A stretch of DNA of 46,347 nucleotides, filler included, from Catajapyx aquilonaris (lineage: Eukaryota): assembly GCA_000934665.2 (NCBI GenBank). It is 2 parts of 2 records of this genome, joined end to end, with 100 filler letters (N's around TTAATTAATTAA, not from the genome) between each part and the next. Parts side by side here need not be neighbours in the genome. Positions count along the whole stretch, not along the records: positions 23,228 to 46,347 come from JYFJ02005742.1; 1 more part is not named here. The stretch is one strand, 5' to 3'. Of the stretch, positions 25,180 through 36,011 are shown piece by piece (position 1 is the first letter of the stretch; every line of letters starts with the position of its first letter). Position numbers and translations under genes: made by a program. The notes beneath the pieces are model-generated. The model saw only the letters and a program-made list of their open reading frames with translations. It searched no databases and was not told the origin of the DNA.

Positions 25180-26384
25180 ATGCGGAGTTGGGCTTGGGCT
25201 TGGGCCAGGAAGAAAGAAGGAGGAACCAAGACACTTCTCTCACGAGATTTGGTTCCTGGAATATGTCATCCTAACCATTCGCAGTACCATTTTGTTTGAT
25301 TTGCAAGGTATAGTTTGCTGTGCAGCTAGTCCATCAAAAAAGACGAATTTTCAGTGTTGTTTGCCTGCATGTTACTTGTTTATTCTGCCATTAAAGCGTG
25401 GTTAAACTGTGATTATTTAGAGATGTGAGATCGATGTCAAAGAAGGCATGAATTCAAATCAGCGCCTATGTTCTCGCCCTGGTCGGTGAATCGGATTTGA
25501 ACCGAATTGTCTCAACCAATCTAGGAAACTAATCATAATTATGTTTATAATAATATTTAATGCATGGAATTTGAGGATGGAAAGTCGGTATGATCTCCCT
25601 GCATGCAGCCATCTTGTATATTTATTGGTCGAGGGTTGTGAGGTGTGGCCACAGATTCTGTACAGGCAAGTGTGGTACCAGTACCAGACGTGTGTTAGTT
25701 TCAGTAACATAATTATATGATGAGGAACTGCTCGAGTTTCATCCTTTTCAGTCGACTCAAGCTGAATCGGTAAAATACTTCAGAAAAATCTGGAGATGCT
25801 CAAAAATTACTTTCCATTATCATTGAAGAGCCCTGCAATGAATTTGACATGAAAATATACCAACACATAGTGTAGTCATGTCATCTAGGCCTCTAGGGAG
25901 AAAGAATATGCCTCAAAATAATTATAGTCACTTGCATCTTAACAATCGGAACAACAAAACTTGCATGCGTGAATTCCAAGAATCCAAGATGACATAATCA
26001 GCCTTGTTGGTCAGGCTCCTCCTGACGAGGGCGGTGTTGACATCAAGTCATCAAGATATCAAGTCATCATTTTACACCTCAAGTTGCTGCACGCAACCTA
26101 ATGATTCAACCCTGTCAATGGTGCCATGAATTATTATTCAACAACGATTAATTGTTGATAAGTGCATTACTGTGGGAACAGGCCAGTAACCCCTGATGTT
26201 GCCATGGAAGCCAATATTGAATAAATAACAAACCAAGAAATTATTTAGGTTTTTACAAATACACTATGGGGATTTTTAAATGCCAGATTTTAGCATATGA
26301 AGGAATGCAGTGTAACAAATTGGGACGTATAAGTAAGGCGCCTCGGAGCAAAAAACTACAAACTGAAAAAATATGATTGTAATA

Positions 26385-26875
26385 ATAGGCGTATTCGGCA
26401 ATTCAGATTATTCTGAGATGCGTCACGTGATATCTGAGTTGTTAGCCCTGCCCCTCAGAAGATTATTGCCGAACGGCCGAACTGAGAGACCCCCCTACCC
26501 GCCTCTGCTGCATCCCAGTGATATCCGATGCCAATGTTCGGGTATTTCGGTGCCGTATTTCGGACGCTTGCGGGTAATGGTGCGGGTAAAATGAAAATGC
26601 GGGTACCGAGGCGGGTACAATCGGGTATTTTCAGGTCCTCTCGCGGGGTTTTTGGGCATTTTTCATTGGCAACACTGCTGAATCCATAACAATAATTTGT
26701 TTGTTAATTGTTTCTCAGCAAGTAAGTCAGGTCAGGAGTACACTAATTGTAAGTTCCTGAGCTTGGGAAGTCAGGTAGGGCGCATGCGCACTTACTTCAG
26801 GGGGCGTGGCACCTGATTTGCCGAACATCCAAACTGCCCAGAAAGTCAGATTCCTGAATTGCCGAGTACGCCTAT
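26385..26875. mobile_element. MITE between the two Duox-like genes
   Basis: TIRs ataggcgtattcggcaattcag / ctgaattgccgagtacgcctat. Confidence 0.75.
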
Positions 26876-27185
26876 TATTGAATTCCATCAGTGCATGATC
26901 TTTCAGGATGGCCCCAAAATTTCAATTGGATCCAGTGCACTTGTTAGACGTGCTCATGTTCTTTCTAGATAGGTTTATAAAATGTACTTTCAACCAAATA
27001 TTCAAGACTCGTCCTGCTGACTTCGAGCATCCATTTCACCAATTTACTCCCAATTACTTGGAAGTCGATTACAACCTTGTTTGCATTGTTGCAGGGGCAT
27101 CGATGCACGGTTGCTATGTGGTGTGGCATCCCTGCTTTGACCAAACAAGCATTTGAATTTGGGTGGGAACCGTCGCCAGGCAAGT

Positions 27186-27191
27186 TCAGTT
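27186..27191 (+). promoter_or_regulatory. Candidate initiator (TCAGTT) of the Duox-like gene
   Basis: Matches the arthropod Inr consensus TCAKTY and lies about 30 nt upstream of the signal-peptide ATG at 27217. It is a short motif and could be chance. Confidence 0.4.
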
Positions 27192-27216
27192 GGAGAGAAT
27201 TGTTCTGAGAGAGAGG

Positions 27217-30200
27217 ATGTCGCCCCCAGAGGTTCTTCTCCTGGTGCTCCTGGGCCTCCTGGCATCGAGGGCTACCCTTGCATACGGTCAGTGTCTGAAC
27301 AAGGCTCACTCACGGAGATGGCGTAACTTTCCCGCATATGCCGCTCGATTTCCCTGCTCCCCAGAAGCATTTATTTCGCCACATTTTTCGTCACTTTCCT
27401 CCATACAGAGTGTGTCAGAGCAGTCAGAGTCACGGGTCAAGAGCACGCAGGGGGGTGGGGAAAAATCGTAGGTGGCGACAACCCCTGTCAGTTTTATCAA
27501 ACAATTAGAAATACGGGAGTCATCAATTATTTTATTATGGCGTGACGTCACCTCCTTTCTGTTCGAATTGACTGGCGCGGACTGGCAGGTGCCGTGGGTT
27601 GAACGGCTTTTTAGCCTTGCGGGTTGCACTGAAAAAGGTGCTCTCATGAGCCAAAACCACGGGTCAATACGTGACGATAATCACCTTTATTTATTAACAT
27701 TTTTATATTTGAAAATGCAGGTTATTGTCGATATTTTTAAAAGGCAAAACAATTATAATCTCTGCTTCCGTGGAACCTAGGATGACTGTTCTTTTTCAAA
27801 TATACGTATATATAGCTATTTTAAAGGCGCTTTCAACTGTACCTTGCACTCTTAATTTATATGGTAAGTTTAAGCTTGAGAAATGCAAAATCTCTGGATG
27901 AGGGTCATAAACACTCTCGTGATAGACTACGACACTACGTGGCAGGTCAGTTAAGGGTAACATGCTGGTTTATAGGCTTCAATCAACATAGCAACAGTGA
28001 AGGCATTCATTTCCCCGAGAAAAGCTTGAAGTGATAAATCGTATATCCCGCATATAACGCTATCTAGCTTATAACGCTACTTTCAGGCTGCCCCTTGAAG
28101 AGCGTTATGTCGAGGTTTTACTGTAAGCACATCGGATATAAGCAAGTAGAAAGGTCGATCCCTTCATATTTCCAGCAGTGCCATTGTACAAGTTCAGTTG
28201 AATCCGGATATAACACACTTGTCTGCTATTCTGACTGCACAAATCTGCCCGCCTTTTTCCGCTCCCAGCGTCAGGCGCCCTCAAAAGGCGTCAAGGGCGC
28301 CCCTTTCGTAATTTTAGCAGGAGGGCAATGTTTCCCCCCCGTTGATACCCCACTGCTGCCACTATACAGTTACTACTACTACTTTTTTTTTGTTAATGTG
28401 GTTGTTTCATGCTTCTCTTCTCTAGCACAAGATGGTGACGAAGTAGTTCCTGAAGGCGATCCCGAAGTCCTTCCAGATCCCGAAGTAGTTCCTGAAGGTG
28501 ATCCCGAAGTAGTTCCTGAAGGCGATCCTGAAGTAGTTCCTGAAGGCGATCCCGAAGTAGTTCCTGAAGGCGATCCCGAAGTAGTTCCTGAAGGCGATCC
28601 CGAAGTAGTTCCTGAAGGCGATCCCGAAGTAGTTCCTGAAGGCGATCCCGAAGTAGTTCCTGAAGGTGATCCCGAAGTAGTTCCTGAAGGCGATCCCGAA
28701 GTAGTTCCTGAAGGCGATCCCGAAGTAGTTCCTGAAGGCGATCCCGAAGGCGGTGATTATGGCAGTCCCGGAGGCGGTGATTATGGCAGTCCCGGAGGCG
28801 GTGATTATGGCAGTCCCGGAGGCAGTCCCGAATCTCCTGGCGCAACTTGGTGAGATGAGGGCAGAACAAACAGTGCTGCCTTTCTGGTCATTTTCACCCT
28901 AACATTATATGGGATTAATGTAATGCCAGCATGCTTGCACAGTAACGTGTGCGAAGCTGGCTCACCACCTACCTCGGATCGAAGTGAAATTAATGGACTA
29001 TGCAGTACTCTCAATGGACTCTTTTGGATCTTTTTACTCTGCTCATTGGACCCCTCTAGTTTCAGAGATATTCAGGTTCAAAGTTTTCACGCCAAAACAT
29101 TTCAATTGCGACTCTGCTCACACCATTCGACATGGCCGTCTGAAATTAATGGACTATGTATTATGTCCCAAGGACTGCCAGACCCAGGACTCCGTGTCGC
29201 CAGATTAGGTGAGAGTATTCACCTGAAGAAACAGCTTTGCTCATATCCCATTGATATATTTGATCTGCTGTACTCACAAGGGAACTGGAAGAGTGCTGTA
29301 AATGGAGTTGGTGTATGAAACTTGGCACAATAATATAGGCAGGTAAGTTATTAAACAAAATGCAAGCTGTTTCTGCGAATGCACAAGGTCAAAAGTTATG
29401 ACCTCTTGGACTCACAAGGGGCACTTTCCAAGTGCCACTCGCGGATTTTCTTGAAATTCGGTGTATTGGTAACCCACCCAAATGGATGAAAAACTCACCT
29501 ATAAAGTTGCCTGCTCAAAATGACCCTGTGACCCCCTTTTTTTTTAGGGGAGCAGAGCCCCCTAGATGTTAAATTTTTTTTAGACCGACGAAAGGTTCTG
29601 TGAAAACTGTCAGACAGTGTCGTCTTACTTTTATGTTGATTGTGTACTTCCCACGTGCGACAATCTCGTAAAGATATGTGATGTCTCTGACCAGTTTGCG
29701 TCCCCCTCAGGCCCGTGATACAGTACGCCTGGTTTAAAAGAACGTAAATGGAGGACAGGCCTGCAGAATTTCAGACACCTGTTCCGTTTCGCTTCAAATT
29801 AGATAAAGATGACTGGTGTGCATTATGTCGTGCAGTAGCCTATTCCTAAAATGCAGTTGGTGTAAGGATCTCCTGTGATTCTCCCACTTTTTCATTGAAT
29901 CTACCCCCTCTGGAATGAGTTTGTTGAGTATAACCTGATTTATTAAGAGTTCAGGCTTTTGAGAGTTCTTCCGTACTATGTATCTGAAAATATGACCTTT
30001 TCCCTAAATGGTATTTCTCAATTTCTTTAATTTGCACGGTCATTTTACATACATTCCTCTGCGTTTTAGCTTGCGACTTGTTTTCATTATGTAAGTTATT
30101 ACTCTGTGACTACAAGATCTGTAATGTTTTTAGTTTAGTTTCATTTTGTCTTGAAAATTATTTCCATTGCAGTTTTTAGGTTTTACAAGTCAGTTTCGTC

Positions 30201-33200
30201 CAGTAAGAAAGCATTTCGTTTCTGTCCAACGTTGCTCTATTGACATAAATATGTCTTGAGAAAATGTCGTTTTTTATAAGCACAAATATATTTTGTCCTT
30301 AAGTTGTGCTTTAGTAGGTTATACCCCTATTTCTGTTCTCTTTTTGAGACATGTACGTATGTAGCACTGTCATCAGGAAAGCTCGTGCGCCTGGCTAGAG
30401 TGCTGCCACCGTGTGATCAGCCACCAGTGCGTTGCTAACCGAGATATCTTGGCATACCTCGAACTTGTGCATCGGGTAACTTGCAGTTACATAGTGTAAA
30501 CTACAATAATTACAGAGGCTCGTAACATGTTTCTGTTAATTTCAGATGGCTAGGTCGGATGGGGCAATTACAATCGCAGTTGAAATGCTTTTTTGGGCAA
30601 CCTTTGAAGCCAAATATCTCTGAAACTAGTAGGGTCCAATGAGCGGGGTCAAAAGGTACAAATAGTCCATTGAGAGTAGTGCATAACCCATTAATTTCAT
30701 TCCGAACCGCCGTGGGTGGCGAGCCAACTTCACACTTTCGGCCACTTCCTTGAAACCGAATATTTCTGAAACTATGCGAGTCCAATGAACGAAACGTATA
30801 GACCTGGTAGTCCTCGGGACGTAGTACATAGTCCATTAATTTCAGACGCCCACGTCGAATGGTGTGCGCACAATCGCAATTGAAATGTTTGGGCATGAAA
30901 ACTTTGATCCTGAATATCTCTGAAACTAGAGGGGTCCAATGAGCGGGGTAAAAAGATCCAAAAGAGTCCATTGAAAGTACTACATTGTCCGTTGAGTTCA
31001 CTTCGATCCGAGGCAGGTGGTGAGCCAACTTCACACCCATACGTTGGATGGGTTAAGCATGGCAGGAAGATAATATTGTACAGTGAAAAACACATCAATG
31101 AAATTTATTATCAATACAATAATTCATAATGGTTCTTAGGTGCGTAACTTTTGTCCTGCCAAATGTCAATTTGAAAGCATATTATGTGGCCTTCAGAAAA
31201 ACTTAATCGGTTTGATGAAATATTGCACATGCTGCATCGATGCATGGATGAGCTTGCATTCCTGCACTTAACAATGTTTGTAATGTTTTCAAGTGAGAAT
31301 AATTCCTCATTACCTGAAGCCACTTACAAGAAAGCAGCAAGGCAATGGCCACCGAATGTATGTGGAACATGGAAAGAAACGTCAGGAGGTAAGTATAATG
31401 AGTGTGTCAACCATTGTATTGATGCAGTAGCCACCCTTTCTGAGTTTGTGCCCATGTGATTTGAAAGTACAGTCCCACTTGCAGATTTTGGGTATCGTCA
31501 TAATAACATTAGCTTTCAACTGGATTACCCAAGGGAACAAGATATGAACTCAGGAAGGGAACTGAAATGGTGGTGTTGACCCCCCTTCCTCTGTTCTTTC
31601 CAGTGAACAAACCACGACGAGATGTGTGGGGCAAAACAGGGAAAAAGGAAGGATTTCTTCGATGGCTGATTGATGGCTGCGACTTTTACGATGATTCTTG
31701 CAAACCAGCGCCATTCAAGATGATTGAGTACGCCCGATTTGACGGATTTGGCAACAGCAGAGCCTTTCCAGAGAGAGGATTAGCAAGTGAGCGCTCCTTT
31801 TTTTAAAAAAAAAAAAAGGCTGAAAATAAGGCAGTAAGCTTATTAGGATTAGAAAAAGGGCAGCGCATACTGTGACACTGACCGTGTTCTTTTCTGAAAA
31901 ATAATCTGCTTCTCATTAGAGAGAAGGCAATAGTGTGTGTGATAGTGACTGCCGTAAGACAGTGTCATGCAAAGTGATATTCCTACGTTCGAAATGCGCC
32001 TACCTTCTTTTTTTGCAACTGTTGTTTAGCCAGCCAGTGATGACTCCGGCCATGCATCCAACAGCCATCCCATCCTGTTCTATTCTGTTTTGTTATGTGG
32101 CATGTTTGGAATGGATCGCCAGTCCCGCCAGTCCTGGAGCTCCCTATAATACATTATGTTACGAATTTCATGTCACTACTACAGTATTATTTTATGGTCC
32201 CATCACACAGGGCACTTGGATGGGCAGTACATATTCCCTGTGTGTTGTGAGATAGCTAAACTCTGATGATGATAATGATAATGATAATGATATTGATGAT
32301 GATGATGATGATAATAGTGAAAAATTTTGACCTCAGGATCAGCCATGAATCAAGTGATTACCTACAGTTATGGAGACAAAGTGTCAGCAGCAGACACTAC
32401 ATCAGGCCGCCCAGATCCACTGGAAATCAGCGCGAAGTTGTTTGGTTCTGAACATAGTGCAACCAAGTCAACAGAAAGCGGAAGATCAGTCCTCCTGCAT
32501 TACTTTGGTGAGAATTTATCGCCAATTTACATCACTTGTGGTGATTTAGAGAATATTGTTGTGGTCCGTTTCTCGAGTTGATTAGCTGGGTAGGAAAAGC
32601 ACGTGAAAGACATTGTTTGTCCATTTTGGGATATTGGGAAGAACTCAACTCAGCAGAAACATTATTCAAGTGCTTAGTACCGGTTGTTTTGAGCAAAGAA
32701 AATGCGTGAGCATGTGTCCATCCGTCTTCTCACTTCTGGACAAACTTAACCACATTGACTTACTTCCTGTATTCCCACAGTCGTACTCATTTTCTGTTTA
32801 TTACATTATGACTGCATCAACTTACACAGGGAAATATGTTGTCGAGGAGATTCTGAACAGTCGTCAGGCAGCATGCCCTATGGAGCACCTGGACATTGGC
32901 CCTGGTGATGAGCCAAAGATGCCATTCAAGAGGACCATATATGACCCTACAACTGGAACCAGCATGACCAACCAGCGTCGGCAGCTTAACCTGGTGACGC
33001 CCTGGATTGATGGCAGTGCTGTTTATGGGACTTCTCGCATGTGGGCCAATGTGCTGAGGACACAGCACGATGGCTATTTGGACCCAGATGGGAAGCTGGC
33101 CACTGATCCATCTGGAGAGTACCCGGAGTACAACTGGATGCGAATGCCCTTTCGCAACGACCCATCCGTCGTCAACCACTCATTCTTCAAGCAGGAGAAG

Positions 33201-35979
33201 CAACGCTTTTCAGCATCCCGTCTTCGTGGATTTGGACATGTCAATGGCAACGAGAACCCAGTGATTTTTGCCATCTCGACACTGTGGTTTCGCTGGCACA
33301 ACGAGGTGGCACAGTACCTCAGAAAAACCCATCCGCACTGGCCCAATGAGATATTGTTTCATGAAGCACGCCGCTGGGTCATTGCCACGATGCAAAGCAT
33401 CTTCCTGTACGAGTGGTACCCAGCAACCTTCCTGCAGCCCCTCCCGGCTTACCATGCTTACGATTTTCTGGATGACCCACAGATAGAGGCCATGGTGGCA
33501 GCTGCCACCCTTAGATACGGACATGTGACCATTCCCCCAGGTCAGTTGCTTATACACCTTTTCTCTGCTCCTCCTTCCAGCTCTGCCTCTCTGATAGTAT
33601 ATTATCCGCTACACATGCCCTTAATGATTAGGTCACGTTGGAAACCGAAACGTATGTTGTCGTCTCCCTTGTTCATTTTTGTTGAACTGGATACACTGGC
33701 TTTAAAAAAGTAATATTTGGTTGAGTGTATTTTTCCTCGTCTAAGTAGTACGATGTTTGTTTGCTACAATATTATTGGAAAGAGTTATTTCCCCTTAGTT
33801 GGAGGAAGGGTAATACGAGGTAATCCTCTCTGGCGATTTTAACGCTCGTGTTGGAATGGAACGACAAAGCTCATTTTTAAAATCCTAATGAGGTTTCCAC
33901 AGTACCGCTGTTAACCGAAGCAGTAGGGGTGGAGTGGATAGGGTGTCCGACTGCTAATCGGGAGGTCCTGGGTTCGAATCCCGGGCCGGCAACCCTGACC
34001 GTTGTTTTCCACGGTCTTTCTAGGATAATTCCGGGGTCGATTCCGTATATATTTTTTTTTTCATTACCCCACGGGGGGAGTTATACTATGGCCCCTAGTC
34101 TGATGACCCGGGGTAAGCTATCCCGGGGGCAATCACCATGGCAGCATACGTAAAAGGATAGCAGTAAACAACCAGTTACCCCAGGGGGCAAGCTACCCTG
34201 GGTCACCAGACTATATACCTATACTCCTTAGGGGGGGGGGGGGGGGGGGTNGGGAGGGGATGTGCAAAGTGCAAGTGCAATGTCTCTAATCGTCATTTTG
34301 TGAACTCCCCCGGGTGGCTTAGTCTGCCGGAAATTGCCACCCGAAACGAAGCCAGAGATGGCCCAACTCTGCACGAAAGAAGGTGGGAACCCCGGGTGGG
34401 GATTGAACCCGGGACCTTAACTTCCGTGGGCGCGCGCGTTACCGCGGCGCCACTCCGTCTCCCCGTCGATTCCGTATAATAGGCCACAGCCGCTTCCTTC
34501 CTTCCCTATCCTTGGAGGTTGAAAGGCAATGCTGGGCCAACCTCCTTAAATATCAATTATAAAGTACTGCAGTTAGTACATACGGTTAGGTAGTACGGCT
34601 GTTAGAAAACAGACTGCGGTCTTGGGCGGAGGACAATAAGATATTACCGTAAAACCTGGCGGGTTTTAGAAGGACCAGATGCTGTATGGACCACATATTC
34701 GTTCTCACAGAGTTGATACAGAACTATACTGCGAAGAAAAGGGGAAAACTCTACGCACTGTTTGTGGATCTTGTGAAAGCGTTCAACTCGGTAGAGCGCA
34801 GCAAGCTTTTTTCAAAGCCATTGACTCGGGGAGTCAGTCAAAGTAGGTTGCACATGCAAGTTTTGTCCCGTTATAAGTACTATACTGATCTTTCGCCTGA
34901 TATTGGACTCTCCCAATATTTCCTTTACTCTCTCCCCCTCCCATATTATGTCCGTTTGGTGAGCAATCTCAGAAATGCATCATATTCTCTTTATGTTGAA
35001 AACTACAAATTCCTACAAATTCAGCTCCCCCACTCGCACTTCCTGTACACTCTGTAATAGTAACGATAATTGGTCTCTTTATCGCTTAATTTACGATTGC
35101 CACTTCTTTCGGGCAATTACAAGGGATAAACTGGTAGGAATTCCAAAACTTCCTCAGGGTATTCTTTCCGCTGGTTGTGCTTATTATTTATTGATAATGG
35201 TTGCCTTCCATCACATCCTCTCTTCCCACCAGCCAATTATATTTATCAGTAGTTGTACTTTTTTTTAAATGCACATGATTGGCTGACAGGAAGCGATTTC
35301 GGGGCTGAAGGTTTCCATACCTTCCCGGATACTTTGTACTTGTCGTTTGAACGCAATTATCTCCGTAACCTATTAGTAACTAGTCGAGTAACTAAGTAGA
35401 CTATCTATTAGGCAATGCAGTATATCTCGAAAACTGTGCTTGGCAGCACAATTCCAAGTCCAGATATGGAATCAGCACAGAAAGTACTATAGGAATCACT
35501 ATTCACATCTTCAGAAAGAACACAAATATTTAAAAAATCAACGGTATATCTGCAAAACACGTCTATTATTTTCTCGCGAGCCATGTATGACCCAGGATTG
35601 AAACTGAACATACTGAACCTTGTGCCGGTCACAACATACTAGTGTCACCAAATGCAGCTGATGTACCGCAAATTCATCACTAATTATTGTCGGGGTCCTA
35701 ATTCTTGGGCATGTGTCTAGAGCCAGTGACCAATGAAATGTGAAAATAATTTTAGTTACATTTTAGAGAAAAACGAATCTTCTATAGACTGATTCTGCAG
35801 GTGTTTCACGCATCAGCACTCCCTATTATCCGGGTGCAGATTATCCGTGTTGCGCATCGCCATAAAATAACATCTTAAAGTAAATGTCCAAAAGTATGTC
35901 AATATGTTTCGCCAACCTTGGTGGTATCCCCCCCCCCCCCCCTAAGAGGGCCCATGGCTCGAGCACGGGGTACAAATTA

Positions 35980-36011
<32 letters not shown>

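Noticed and set aside
28440..28817. Possible CRISPR-like array
   Set aside because: Head-to-tail tandem units with no unique spacers, in a eukaryotic coding context.
28393..28869. 158-aa minus-strand ORF of (RDRLQELL)n
   Set aside because: Antisense shadow of the 24-bp repeat. The plus frame has the splice sites and the synonymous variation.
30510..31098. 176-aa and 108-aa ORFs similar to ORFs at 28923-29318
   Set aside because: Translations of the non-coding inverted repeat, with no recognisable domain.
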